Shown: piece by piece, positions 23,397 through 33,471 of the stretch
Layout of the letters: every line of letters starts with the position of its first letter
Position numbering within the stretch: the stretch's first letter is position 1
Origin: Methanocaldococcus sp. 16A
GTDB taxonomy: Archaea > AGJL01 > Methanococci > Methanococcales > Methanocaldococcaceae
Length of the DNA stretch: 64,000 nucleotides
Direction: 5' to 3' (one strand)
NCBI GenBank assembly: GCA_049860595.1
Contig: CP187551.1
Position numbers and translations under genes: made by a program
Notes under the pieces: generated by a model
Told to the model about the DNA's origin: nothing
Seen by the model: the letters and a program-made list of their open reading frames with translations, nothing else
The model's database searches: none

Positions 23397-24338
23397 ATGA
23401 TTCCAGAAGAAATTTACAAAATTTTGAGGAAGCAGAGATATCAAATAGACAATCACACAGCAGTTAAGTTATGTGGATGGGTTAGAAAAAAGATGTTGGA
23501 AGATAAAAATTGCTATAAATCAAAATTTTATGGTATTGAGACACACAGATGTATTCAATGCACCCCATCAGTTATTTGGTGTCAGCAAAATTGTATATTC
23601 TGTTGGAGAGTTTTGCCAATGGATATTGGCATAAACATAAATGAAATTAAAGAACCAAAATGGGATGAGCCAAAGGAAGTGTATGAGAAAATTTTAGCCA
23701 TGCATAGAAGAATAATTTTAGGATATAAGGGAGTATTGGATAGAGTTGGAGAGAAAAAATTTAAAGAGGCTTTAGAGCCAAAGCATGTTGCTATATCTTT
23801 ATCAGGAGAACCTACTCTTTATCCATACTTAGATGAATTAATAAAAATATTCCATAAGAATGGATTTACAACATTTGTTGTCTCAAATGGAATCTTAACT
23901 GATGTTATTGAAAAAATAGAGCCAACTCAGCTATATATCTCATTGGATGCCTATGATTTGGATAGCTATAGAAGAATATGCGGAGGAAAGAAAGAGCATT
24001 GGGAAAATATCTTAAATACCTTAGACATTTTAAAAGAGAAAAAAAGAAGTTGTATAAGGACTACTTTAATTAGGGGCTGTAATGATGACATTTTAAAGTT
24101 TATGGAGTTATATGAAAGAGCTAATGTCCATTTCATTGAGTTAAAGTCATATATGCATGTAGGTTATTCACAAAAAAGATTGAAAAAAGAAGATATGCTA
24201 CAACATGATGAAATCCTAAAATTAGCTAAGATGTTAGAAGAAAACAGCTCATATAAATTAATTGATGATTGTGAAGATAGTAGAGTAGCGTTATTACAAA
24301 ATGAAAATAGAAAGATAAATCCAAAGATTTTTAATTAA
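23397..24338 (+). CDS. taw1: 4-demethylwyosine synthase (radical SAM, Tyw1)
   Basis: CYKSKFYGI, CQQNCIFCWR and AISLSGEPT motifs. Confidence 0.93.
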   Translation: MIPEEIYKILRKQRYQIDNHTAVKLCGWVRKKMLEDKNCYKSKFYGIETHRCIQCTPSVIWCQQNCIFCWRVLPMDIGININEIKEPKWDEPKEVYEKILAMHRRIILGYKGVLDRVGEKKFKEALEPKHVAISLSGEPTLYPYLDELIKIFHKNGFTTFVVSNGILTDVIEKIEPTQLYISLDAYDLDSYRRICGGKKEHWENILNTLDILKEKKRSCIRTTLIRGCNDDILKFMELYERANVHFIELKSYMHVGYSQKRLKKEDMLQHDEILKLAKMLEENSSYKLIDDCEDSRVALLQNENRKINPKIFN

Positions 24339-24342
24339 TTAA

Positions 24343-25554
24343 TTATTTTATTTTTTCTCTAAGAATAACTAAAGAGTTTTTATTTATATCATTTTCATTA
24401 AATCTCTCAATATATTCTCCATCTAAATAATTTAAAAGTTCTCTTCCAATCTCTCCAACAAATATGTATTGACAGTTAAAGTTTTTTAAAGCTTCAGATA
24501 GCTTTTTTACATCAATTTCTTCACAAACTACTCCAAAATCTCCGCCAATATAGATATCACCATCAAACACTTCTAAAAAATCTTTTATGGCATAATAGAT
24601 AGCTTTTACATCCAAACCAGGATTAATATTTTTTATTAAAATATTTTCATTAACTTTTTTAATTTCCATTCTATTTTTTATGGTGAAGGTTTTTAATCTT
24701 TCTTTTATCTCATCCACATCAACCAAATTTTTACAAATCTCTATTGCAAATAATGAATTTTCTACAAAATGTAATCCAAAGATGTTCTTGCTGAACTCAA
24801 ATATTTCATCAAAGTATTCAAATTTTAGAGGATATTTGTTTAAAATCTTTGCCTTATCTACATCAACAATATTTAGACATTTATGGTTTATTTTTAAGTT
24901 ATATCTGTTAATATCCCTCTTATTTATAAAAGATATTTCAGCATTTTTTAAAGAGCCAAATTTTGCAGTTAATGCGTCTCTTAATCCTTTTGCTATTTTA
25001 TAATTTTCTAATACATTTGTTATAGCTCCATATTTACATTTAATTAGTCCTAATGAAGTTTCAAATATAAAAAAGTCATATTTATCAACATCCAAACGAT
25101 TTAATACCTTTAGAATAGTTGGTGGAGCAATTGAGCCATAATTCGAGTTGTGTAAGTAAGTTGTATATTCTTCTTTTAAGATATGGTTTATTAATGATGT
25201 TGTTGTAGTCTTTCCCTTAACTCCAGTGATATTTATTATTTTTTTATGGATATTTCCAAATTTTTCCTTTAATATTTCAGATACTGCATCAGTAAATGGA
25301 ATAAAGTTAATATCTATTGGACAGTGTATAGGAGCTATAATTTTATCATACCTTTCAAAGTTTGGAGGTTCAAAAAATAGATTGAATTTATTTTTAAATC
25401 TTTCTTTTAATTTTAAATACCTTTCCTTAAAATCATCAGATTTTTTTATTTTTTGATAAATATCCCACACATCAACATCATAGCCCAAATTTAAATATTC
25501 TTCAGCTAAATTCAATGCTCCATGATTAACATCAACAATCAACATAAAAAACAC
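24343..25554 (-). CDS. cfbE: Coenzyme F430 synthase (Mur-ligase-like)
   Basis: VDVNHGA, APIHCP, ITGVKGKTTT, FETSLG and NINPGL motifs. Start codon uncertain. Confidence 0.8.
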   Translation of the reverse strand: MFFMLIVDVNHGALNLAEEYLNLGYDVDVWDIYQKIKKSDDFKERYLKLKERFKNKFNLFFEPPNFERYDKIIAPIHCPIDINFIPFTDAVSEILKEKFGNIHKKIINITGVKGKTTTTSLINHILKEEYTTYLHNSNYGSIAPPTILKVLNRLDVDKYDFFIFETSLGLIKCKYGAITNVLENYKIAKGLRDALTAKFGSLKNAEISFINKRDINRYNLKINHKCLNIVDVDKAKILNKYPLKFEYFDEIFEFSKNIFGLHFVENSLFAIEICKNLVDVDEIKERLKTFTIKNRMEIKKVNENILIKNINPGLDVKAIYYAIKDFLEVFDGDIYIGGDFGVVCEEIDVKKLSEALKNFNCQYIFVGEIGRELLNYLDGEYIERFNENDINKNSLVILREKIK

Positions 25555-25591
25555 CAAAAAAAATTTTAAATGGAAATTTTTGGAAAGGTCT

Positions 25592-26194
25592 TTAATTTGC
25601 ACTTCCTTTAAGCATTGCTATGACAAACCTCGTCTCTGCCTTATCCATCTCTTTTAATGAATTTCCTTCAATTATAAATGTATTGTTTATTCTTGTTATC
25701 GTTGCATTATGTTGTGTTCTTATAAACTTTATAACCATTGTTTTATTGTTGTGAATTAAATATTCACTCTCATTTATTTTAAGTTTATCTATTGATGTTT
25801 TTCCATTTGCAAAGATACTTTTTACAGTTACGGTTGTGTTTGTTCTGTTTAATTCAACAACTATATTGTGAGGATAAAGCTGATTAAACCACTCTAATTT
25901 TGTTATTAAATCAACTATTGAAACTCCTCCTTCATCTGGCTTTAAACTTAAATTTCCATAAATGTAAATCAATATTTTAGAGTGATAGTAATCATAAATC
26001 TCTTTATCAGTTGTATTTATCAACTTTACTTCTTTTGCTTCACCAATTGTAGCTCTTAAAGGAACTTTTATTGGAGTTCCATTAAACTCAATTACAATAT
26101 CTTTTTTTAAATCATTCATATTTTTAGAGGTAATGCACATAGACATTGAAGTTATTAATACAATTACTCCAAGAATTAATAGCAGTTTTTTCAT
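25592..26194 (-). CDS. Secreted/lipoprotein of unknown function
   Basis: N-terminal KK, hydrophobic stretch and SMC lipobox-like Cys; several N-x-T/S sequons. Confidence 0.7.
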   Translation of the reverse strand: MKKLLLILGVIVLITSMSMCITSKNMNDLKKDIVIEFNGTPIKVPLRATIGEAKEVKLINTTDKEIYDYYHSKILIYIYGNLSLKPDEGGVSIVDLITKLEWFNQLYPHNIVVELNRTNTTVTVKSIFANGKTSIDKLKINESEYLIHNNKTMVIKFIRTQHNATITRINNTFIIEGNSLKEMDKAETRFVIAMLKGSAN

Positions 26195-26853
26195 TTTTTC
26201 CCTCCTTTTATGTAATCATATCCATAATAAAGCAGGATAAACAAAATTACTAAATACCAATATTCTTTAACCCAGATTGATAAATAACCCAAATATGGAA
26301 TTACCAAAGGATGTCCATTTATAACTACAACTCTCTGCTTTATTTGGTTAACTGAAACGAGCTCTGGGTCGTGTATATTGTTATTGTCTCCTTTTATTAT
26401 AAAGTAAGTGTTATTATTAAATTTAACCTTATCAATGACTCTATGAATTACAGGTTTTGTAGGACTTTTAGAAATATTAACCTCTAATATTTTATAATTA
26501 CCTTTATCTGTTTTTAAATCACCTAAGACGTTTATTGAGATTTCTTTATTATCATAATTTTCTTTAAATATACATAGAGTTTTAGTTGGATTTAGATAAA
26601 GTTTATAATCTATTTCATATAACAAATATTGATAATAAGGCCAGTGAGCTTTATAAACAACAATATCTCCAACTTTAACATCATTTGGATTAAATTCAAA
26701 GCCAGCATTTTCTACTACAACCAAATCTCCTCTCTTCATTATTGGATACATACTATCAGAGACTACGACATTTACATGGCTCCAAATTAAAAACAAAACT
26801 ACTAAGAATATTATCCATTCAACAATATCTTTTTTACTGATTTTTAAGTTAAT
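26191..26853 (-). CDS. sec11: Signal peptidase I (Sec11 type)
   Basis: VVSDSMYP (catalytic Ser), VIHRV and KGDNN. The frame is open upstream to an ATT placed 4 nt after a GAGGTGA SD. Confidence 0.88.
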   Translation of the reverse strand: MNLKISKKDIVEWIIFLVVLFLIWSHVNVVVSDSMYPIMKRGDLVVVENAGFEFNPNDVKVGDIVVYKAHWPYYQYLLYEIDYKLYLNPTKTLCIFKENYDNKEISINVLGDLKTDKGNYKILEVNISKSPTKPVIHRVIDKVKFNNNTYFIIKGDNNNIHDPELVSVNQIKQRVVVINGHPLVIPYLGYLSIWVKEYWYLVILFILLYYGYDYIKGGKK

Positions 26854-26865
26854 GTTTTCACCTCT

Positions 26866-27519
26866 CTAATATAAATGAGCATTTTTCATCATCCTTGGAA
26901 TTAAAGCCATTATAACACTTTCTCTGCATAAATCTTTTCTTGTTATGTTATTATCAGTTAGATAACCAATTAAACCAATATTTTTTCCAATATCTTTAAT
27001 TCCCGAAATTTTTTCAGCTATTTTTCCACCTTCAATTCCATTTAACACATTCTCAGCTACAATCTTTGGATATTCAAAGCCCTGAGATAAACCAACAGTC
27101 TCTTTAATTCCATCAAAAACAACACATACATGGATATCTATATAGTGTTCTCCCACTTTTATTAAACCTGCTTCTATTCCTACTGCATAAGTACATTGAA
27201 CTTTTTCAAATGCATTTTTAGCTCTGTTTAATGCTCCTAAATACGTTTCTTCCAGTCCAATAGGATGAGCTGAGACATTACTATCCACATCAACTCCAAC
27301 AACTTCAACAGTCCCTAAAACCTTTTCAAAACCTTCTTTAACCGCCTCTATTTTAACAGGATTTGTTGAACCAACAGCAACAACTCTCAACTTATGCCTT
27401 GCCATGCTCAGCTTTTTAGCTTCCTCAATACATTTTTCATTTTTACATAAAAATCTTCCAAATAAAAAAATTTCTGCTTTTTCACCACAAATCTCACATT
27501 TTTTATTCTCAAATTCCAT
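26866..27519 (-). CDS. Inosine/xanthosine triphosphatase (YjjX family) with N-terminal Zn-finger-like extension
   Basis: GSTNPVKIEAV, GALNRA and GIEAG; CEIC...C...C at the N-terminus. Confidence 0.88.
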   Translation of the reverse strand: MEFENKKCEICGEKAEIFLFGRFLCKNEKCIEEAKKLSMARHKLRVVAVGSTNPVKIEAVKEGFEKVLGTVEVVGVDVDSNVSAHPIGLEETYLGALNRAKNAFEKVQCTYAVGIEAGLIKVGEHYIDIHVCVVFDGIKETVGLSQGFEYPKIVAENVLNGIEGGKIAEKISGIKDIGKNIGLIGYLTDNNITRKDLCRESVIMALIPRMMKNAHLY

Positions 27520-27774
27520 TACAATCCCTTATTTATTTTTGAATTAATGTATTCGTAACTTATATATAAGCTATATGTTATTATCTATACCACCAACAAA
27601 AATATTTATTTGTTTGTTATTTGATTATTAAGATTATTAAATAGAACTCTAGAATAAATACTAAACAGCATTTTAATGCCTATAACATCATTTTTTCATT
27701 AGAATTGTAATAATTTTCAAAAATCTAATTTAAGTTCTTTACAATATATTAGAAAAATACTATGGGGGATTATT

Positions 27775-30700
27775 ATGGCTAAAAAATCTAAAAAAAATAA
27801 TGAAAATAAAAGTAATCTAAGATGTCCAATAGTTTGTGTTTTGGGGCATGTTGACCATGGAAAGTGTTTAATGCCTAACGAGAAAGTATTAACTCCTTTG
27901 GGAGAAATAAAAATAGAAGATTTATTTAAACAAGGAAAAGAGATTATTGAAAAAGATAATAATAAAATGATAAAAAAATTGGATATAGATGTTTATACAT
28001 TAGATGAAAATGGAAAAATTAAGATAATAAAAGCTCCTTATGTATGGAGATTAAAGCATAACGGAAAAATGATAAAGGTAAAGTTAAGAAATTGGCATGC
28101 TATAACAACAACACCTGAACATCCATTTTTAACAAATAATGGATGGATTAAGGCTGAAAATATTAAAAAAGGAGACTTTATAGCCATACCAAAAAAATTA
28201 GATAATAATATAAGCTTTAAAAAATTTGTAGAATTTTGTAAAGATAAATTTGATAATGAAAATATTTCATTGCCTAAATCATTAGATGAGTGGAAAACCA
28301 TATTTTATTTTGCTGGAAAGATATTTGGAGGCTATAAAGAATTTAAAAATGATAAACTAAATGAATTGGAAAAATTAATTAAGATTCTATTTGACCTAAA
28401 CATATTAAAAAATATCACATCATTTCCAAAGATATTATATATTGCTCCAAAGGAATTAGTTGCAGAGTTTATTAAAGGATACTTTGAAATGGCTGGAAAA
28501 ATTAATGCAAAACAAAATAGAGTTGAGATTTTTGGAATTTCAGAAGAATTTATTAGAGGATTTTCTATAATATTGTTGAGATTTGGAGTAATTTCAAAAA
28601 TTTATATTAGAAATAACAATGGCACAAAATATTACCAATTAAATATTGTAGGTAAAAGAAATTTAATAAACTTCAAAAATATTGGATTTGAGATAGATAT
28701 TTTAGACAAAATTATCGAAAAGAGCAGAAAGAGTGAGAAATATCCAATATATAAAGATATGAGAAGATTAAGAATTCTATTTGGATTAACGAAGAGTGAA
28801 GTAAATATTCCATATTATGAAAAATATGGGAATGGAGAAGAAATTCCTTCTTATGAAATTATTGAAAAATTTTTAAACTCATTAAAGCCAAAGAACTTAG
28901 ATAAGAAGATAAGAGTGTTAGAAGGGATAGAAAAAGATTTCAATTATTTAAAATCCTTTGAAAGTGATGGGTTAATAAAAGATAATAACTTAACTGAATT
29001 AGGAAAAGAGGCATTAAATATTTGGAAAAATCATGAATTTGGTGAAGATGATATTAAATACATGAAAAATTTAATTGAAAATATTGCATTTGTTGAAGTT
29101 GAAGATGTTGAAGTTATTGATTATGAGGGCTATGTGTATGATTTAACAACAGAAACACACAATTTTATAGCAAATGGTATTGTTGTACATAACACAACCC
29201 TATTAGATAAGATTAGAAAAACAAGAGTTGCTCAAAGAGAAGCTGGAGGAATAACCCAACATATTGGAGCGAGTGAGATTCCAATTGATGTTATAAAAAG
29301 AGTGTGTGGAGATTTATTAAAGATGTTAAAAGCTGATTTAAAAATTCCTGGATTATTAGTTATTGACACTCCAGGACATGAAGCATTCACTTCATTAAGA
29401 AAAAGAGGAGGAGCTTTGGCTGATATAGCTATATTAGTTGTTGATATAAACGAGGGCTTTAAACCTCAAACTATAGAAGCAGTTAATATATTAAGGCAAT
29501 GTAAAACCCCATTTGTTGTAGCGGCAAATAAAATTGACTTAATCCCAGGATGGAACTCTAAAGAAATTCCATTTATATTAAACTTTAATGAAAAGGCTCA
29601 ACATCCTAATGCTTTAACTGAATTTGAAATAAGATTGTATGAGAATGTAATAAAACCATTAAATGAGCTTGGTTTTGATGCTGATTTATATTCAAGAGTT
29701 CAAGATGTTACTAGAACTGTATGTATAATCCCTGTCTCGGCAGTAACTGGTGAAGGAATTCCTGATTTATTGATGATGGTTGCTGGATTAGCTCAGAGGT
29801 TTTTGGAAGATAGATTAAAGCTCAACGTTGAGGGGTATGCAAAAGGGACAATATTAGAGGTTAAAGAGGAAAAAGGATTAGGAACTACAATAGATGCAAT
29901 AATTTACGATGGAATAGCTAATAGAGGAGATTATTTAGTTGTAGGATTACCAGACGGTGTTTTAGTGACAAGAGTTAAAGCCTTATTAAAACCAAAACCA
30001 TTGGATGAAATGAGAGACCCAAGAGATAAATTTAAGCCTGTAAATGAAGTTACTGCTGCTGCAGGGGTTAAGATAGCAGCTCCAGATTTGGATAAAGTTA
30101 TTGCTGGATGTCCAATAAGGATTGTTCCAAAGGATATGATAGAGGAAGCAAAAGAAGAGGTAATGAGAGAGGTTGAAGAAGCAAAGATTGAGGTTGATAA
30201 TGAAGGAATTTTAATTAAAGCAGATACTCTTGGTTCATTAGAAGCTTTAGCTAATGAATTAAGGAAAGCAGGAGTTAAAATTAAGAAGGCAGAAGTTGGA
30301 GATATAACTAAAAAAGATGTTATTGAGGTTGCATCATACAAGCAGAGTAATCCATTACATGGAGCAATAGTAGGATTTAATGTAAAAATCTTACCTGAAG
30401 CTCAGAAAGAAATTGAAAAATATGACATAAAAGTGTTTTTAGATAATATTATCTACAAGTTAGTTGAGGACTTCACAGAATGGGTTAAAAAAGAGGAAGA
30501 GAGAATTAAATATGGTGAATTTGAAAAGCTCATTAAACCAGCTATTGTTAGAATTCTACCAGATTGTATATTTAGACAAAAAGACCCTGCAATTTGTGGA
30601 GTTGAAGTTATCTCTGGAACATTAAAAGTTGGTTATCCTTTAATGAGAGAGGATGGAATGCAACTTGGTTATGTTAGAGAGATAAAAGATAGAGGAGAAA

Positions 30701-30933
30701 ATGTCAAAGAGGCAAAAGCAGGTAAAGCTGTTTCAATAGCTATAGAAGGAAGAATTACATTAAAAAGGCATGTTGATGAAGGAGATTATATGTATGTAGC
30801 AGTTCCAGAAAGCCATGTTAGAGAGCTATATCACAAATACATGGATAGATTGAGAAACGACGAAAAAGAGGCATTATTAAAATACATGGAATTAATGCAA
30901 AAACTGACAAATAATATATTCTGGGGAAGATAA
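27775..30933 (+). CDS. infB: Translation initiation factor aIF5B (IF-2) with an intein in the P-loop
   Basis: GHVDHGK|intein|TTLLD, GGITQHIGA, DTPGHEAF and NKID motifs. Confidence 0.97.
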   Translation: MAKKSKKNNENKSNLRCPIVCVLGHVDHGKCLMPNEKVLTPLGEIKIEDLFKQGKEIIEKDNNKMIKKLDIDVYTLDENGKIKIIKAPYVWRLKHNGKMIKVKLRNWHAITTTPEHPFLTNNGWIKAENIKKGDFIAIPKKLDNNISFKKFVEFCKDKFDNENISLPKSLDEWKTIFYFAGKIFGGYKEFKNDKLNELEKLIKILFDLNILKNITSFPKILYIAPKELVAEFIKGYFEMAGKINAKQNRVEIFGISEEFIRGFSIILLRFGVISKIYIRNNNGTKYYQLNIVGKRNLINFKNIGFEIDILDKIIEKSRKSEKYPIYKDMRRLRILFGLTKSEVNIPYYEKYGNGEEIPSYEIIEKFLNSLKPKNLDKKIRVLEGIEKDFNYLKSFESDGLIKDNNLTELGKEALNIWKNHEFGEDDIKYMKNLIENIAFVEVEDVEVIDYEGYVYDLTTETHNFIANGIVVHNTTLLDKIRKTRVAQREAGGITQHIGASEIPIDVIKRVCGDLLKMLKADLKIPGLLVIDTPGHEAFTSLRKRGGALADIAILVVDINEGFKPQTIEAVNILRQCKTPFVVAANKIDLIPGWNSKEIPFILNFNEKAQHPNALTEFEIRLYENVIKPLNELGFDADLYSRVQDVTRTVCIIPVSAVTGEGIPDLLMMVAGLAQRFLEDRLKLNVEGYAKGTILEVKEEKGLGTTIDAIIYDGIANRGDYLVVGLPDGVLVTRVKALLKPKPLDEMRDPRDKFKPVNEVTAAAGVKIAAPDLDKVIAGCPIRIVPKDMIEEAKEEVMREVEEAKIEVDNEGILIKADTLGSLEALANELRKAGVKIKKAEVGDITKKDVIEVASYKQSNPLHGAIVGFNVKILPEAQKEIEKYDIKVFLDNIIYKLVEDFTEWVKKEEERIKYGEFEKLIKPAIVRILPDCIFRQKDPAICGVEVISGTLKVGYPLMREDGMQLGYVREIKDRGENVKEAKAGKAVSIAIEGRITLKRHVDEGDYMYVAVPESHVRELYHKYMDRLRNDEKEALLKYMELMQKLTNNIFWGR
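27865..29193 (+). mobile_element. Intein (443 aa) with degenerate LAGLIDADG domain
   Basis: C1 (CLMPNE), block B TPEHPF, block F VYDLT, terminal HN followed by extein Thr. Confidence 0.93.
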
Positions 30934-30944
30934 TTCCTATTTTT

Positions 30945-31907
30945 TTAGATTTTATTATTATCTAATATTTTATTGTATATATCAATAGCCTCTTCAATTC
31001 TACCCAATTTTTCAAGTATTCTCGCTTTTTTTATCAGTGAATTAGTTAGTATAAAATTATTGTATTTTAATTCTGAAATAAGCTCATCATAAATTTTTAA
31101 TGCTTCATCAAGTTTTTTTAAATGTTCATATACAACAGCTTTATAAAATTTTGCTTCAATATCTTTAGGAAACTTCTCTAAATATTTATTAAGACTTTTT
31201 AGGGCATCTTCATAATTTCCAGCAATTAATTCAATATATCCAATATCTTTATATGCATGTATCCAATCTTCATTTAATTCAACTGCAATATATAAACATT
31301 TAAGCGCCTCTTTGTATTTTCCCAATTTTTTTAACATTTTCCCTTTTAAATACCACGCATACGCATCATTTTTATTAATCTCTATCACTTTATCCAAGCA
31401 TTTAATTGTCTCTTCAACTTTTCCAATATCGTTGAGTAATATTGCTTTTTGTCTCCAAACTGATGACAACCTATCATTCAAAGACAAAAGTTCATCAAAA
31501 TTTTTTAATGCTTCTTCATATCTCCCCAATTCAATAAATATTAACGCTTTATGGAATGGAGATAGATAGCATTTTGATGATACTTTTGAGAGTTTATCAC
31601 TATACTTTAATGTTTTTTCATAATCTCCTTTAACAAAATTTAAACATATCAAATTTGCCCAAGATAACGGAGATTTTTCTTTCCCATTAGCTATTTTTTC
31701 AAAATATTTCATGGATGTTTCCATATCCCCCATAACTTTTAAAATTATGGCTTTTATATATAGAACTAAAGAATTTTTTGGGTCTAATAATAAAGCTTCA
31801 TCCAAATATTTTATTGCTTTTTCAAAATCCCCTTTATCAGAAGATTCAATCGCTTTAATAACATTTTTTAAAACTTCAAGAGTTTTTATCATATCATTAC
31901 AGTCCAT
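30945..31907 (-). CDS. Tetratricopeptide repeat protein
   Basis: Repeated W/Y-x-KG/KA...LG-YEEA...D TPR units. Confidence 0.88.
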   Translation of the reverse strand: MDCNDMIKTLEVLKNVIKAIESSDKGDFEKAIKYLDEALLLDPKNSLVLYIKAIILKVMGDMETSMKYFEKIANGKEKSPLSWANLICLNFVKGDYEKTLKYSDKLSKVSSKCYLSPFHKALIFIELGRYEEALKNFDELLSLNDRLSSVWRQKAILLNDIGKVEETIKCLDKVIEINKNDAYAWYLKGKMLKKLGKYKEALKCLYIAVELNEDWIHAYKDIGYIELIAGNYEDALKSLNKYLEKFPKDIEAKFYKAVVYEHLKKLDEALKIYDELISELKYNNFILTNSLIKKARILEKLGRIEEAIDIYNKILDNNKI

Positions 31908-32100
31908 TTACATCACTTTTATAATTTAGATTCGTAGATAAATATTTATAAATATTAAAATGAAACCAAAATATTTTAAACACTGTATTATTGAGTATAG
32001 ATGAATATATATACCTTTTGGAAGATTTTCGAACATGAACCATTTGAATATAGCTAAAATAATATGAAATTATCAAAATATAGCTATAGTCTAATATAGT

Positions 32101-32174
32101 CTATAGAACTTTCACAAGATTGTTGATTCCCTTTAAGCATCTTATTCAATATATAACGTGCGAAAGTCCTATAG
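32101..32174. mobile_element. Short divergent MITE-like palindromic repeat
   Basis: Ends CTATAGAACTTTCACA...TGCGAAAGTCCTATAG; interior differs from the main family. Confidence 0.6.
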
Positions 32175-32244
32175 TCTATTCAACCACTAATAAAAAATAA
32201 AATAGTTGCATAAAACTAAAATTTTAACTAAAAAATTTATTTAG

Positions 32245-32340
32245 AATAGGATTTTCGCAGTTTATATATTAAATTTGGAACTTTAATACTTTTAGGTGTC
32301 TATATTCATAAAATATATTTATTCCTACGAAAGTCCTATT
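32245..32340 (-). mobile_element. MITE-like palindromic repeat (GGACTTTCGCAG family)
   Basis: Inverted ends AATAGGATTTTCGCAG / CTACGAAAGTCCTATT with the family core. Confidence 0.85.
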
Positions 32341-32350
32341 AGAAATTCCT

Positions 32351-32761
32351 TTAATTTCTACCATATATAGCATACAACCTGCTAAACTTATCAAGAGTGT
32401 TGCATAACTTATTATTTAATATTTCTTCAAGGGTTTCAATAGCCCCTGTAGGACATACTTCTTTACAAATTTCAACATCTCTCTTATAGCATCCATCACA
32501 TTTTATTGCTATTCCATCAATTCTTATAGCTCCAAACGGACATGCTAAGGCACATAAACCACATCCAATGCATTTATCTTTTATAACTACTACTTTATCG
32601 TCAATCCTCTCTATAGCATTTTCTGGACATGCATATAAGCAGGGATTTTTATCACAATGCATACATTTTATTGGGAATTCGTTAAAGGTGATTCCATTTA
32701 TTGGGCAACTTCTCTCGCATCTTCTACAACCAATGCAAGAGCCAATATTAACTACTACCAT
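32351..32761 (-). CDS. porF: Pyruvate oxidoreductase-associated polyferredoxin PorF
   Basis: Multiple CxxCxxCxxxCP motifs; last gene of the por operon. Confidence 0.8.
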   Translation of the reverse strand: MVVVNIGSCIGCRRCERSCPINGITFNEFPIKCMHCDKNPCLYACPENAIERIDDKVVVIKDKCIGCGLCALACPFGAIRIDGIAIKCDGCYKRDVEICKEVCPTGAIETLEEILNNKLCNTLDKFSRLYAIYGRN

Positions 32762-32773
32762 AATTTCACCAAA

Positions 32774-33268
32774 TTATGGTTGAACTTTTGCATCTATGGT
32801 TATTTTTGAAATTAAGCTGTTATCTGTTTTTTGTGATGGTAGAGACATCTTTCCAAATAAATCTAAGGATTTGTCTCTCTTAGCAAATATTAGCTCATTT
32901 ACATCAACAAGCTCTAAGCATCTCTTTGAGCATGCTTTAACACATGCAGGCTCGTCTCCATCGCATAAAATACACTTGTATGCTTTGTCTTCCATTAATA
33001 TAGCACCAAATGGACATGCTAAGGCACATAAACCACATCCAATACAAACTTCCTCATTTAAATATACATAACCATCTTTATGCTCAATTGCTAAGACTGG
33101 GCAGACTTCTTTACATGGAGCTGAAGCACATTGCTGACAAAGAATTGGGATGTATTTACCATCTTTCTCCATTATACTTATTCTTCCTACTTTATTTTTT
33201 TGCATACATGCTTTAACACAATCTCCACAGTTATCACAGTTGTAGTTTGCCATTATTATTTTTTTCAT
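32774..33268 (-). CDS. porE: Pyruvate oxidoreductase-associated Fe-S protein PorE (CooF-like)
   Basis: CDNCGDC, CQQCASAPC and [10 protein letters not shown] at 33268 follows a GAGGTGA SD. Confidence 0.82.
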   Translation of the reverse strand: MKKIIMANYNCDNCGDCVKACMQKNKVGRISIMEKDGKYIPILCQQCASAPCKEVCPVLAIEHKDGYVYLNEEVCIGCGLCALACPFGAILMEDKAYKCILCDGDEPACVKACSKRCLELVDVNELIFAKRDKSLDLFGKMSLPSQKTDNSLISKITIDAKVQP

Positions 33269-33312
33269 CTCTATCACCTCTAAATTCAAAAATATAATAG
33301 AAGAAAATGAAA

Positions 33313-33340
33313 GAAACTTTAAAGAAAGTTTCACCAAAAA
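33313..33340. repeat. Solo copy of hairpin 1 of the two-hairpin module
   Basis: GAAACTTT-aaag-AAAGTTTC-accaaaaa. Confidence 0.7.
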
Positions 33341-33359
33341 TAAATTATTTATATCTCTT

Positions 33360-33398
33360 TTATAGCCCCAACAACTTACATTTTTCATCAATATATCT
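33360..33398 (-). pseudogene. Stranded second copy of the porB 3' end ([12 protein letters not shown])
   Basis: Encodes the same 12 aa plus stop as 33472-33510, with 6 synonymous and no non-synonymous differences. Confidence 0.9.
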
Positions 33399-33402
33399 CC
33401 AA

Positions 33403-33465
33403 ATGAAACTTTAAGAAAGTTTCATCAAAGCTAACACCTCCTCGCTATGCTCGGAGGTGTAAATT
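33403..33465. repeat. Two-hairpin palindromic module, copy B
   Basis: ATGAAACTTT-aag-AAAGTTTCAT-caaa followed by ACACCTCC-tcgctatgctc-GGAGGTGT-aaatt. Confidence 0.85.
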
Positions 33466-33471
33466 AAAATA

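Noticed and set aside
32047-32106. Short ATATAGCTA/ATAGTCTA reiterations resembling CRISPR spacer 1
   Set aside because: The shared stretch is only about 10 nt of AT-rich sequence, within chance; not a protospacer.
33269-33391. 205-aa long form of PorE from the ORF track
   Set aside because: A strong SD supports the ATG at 33268; the extension runs through repeat and duplicate sequence.
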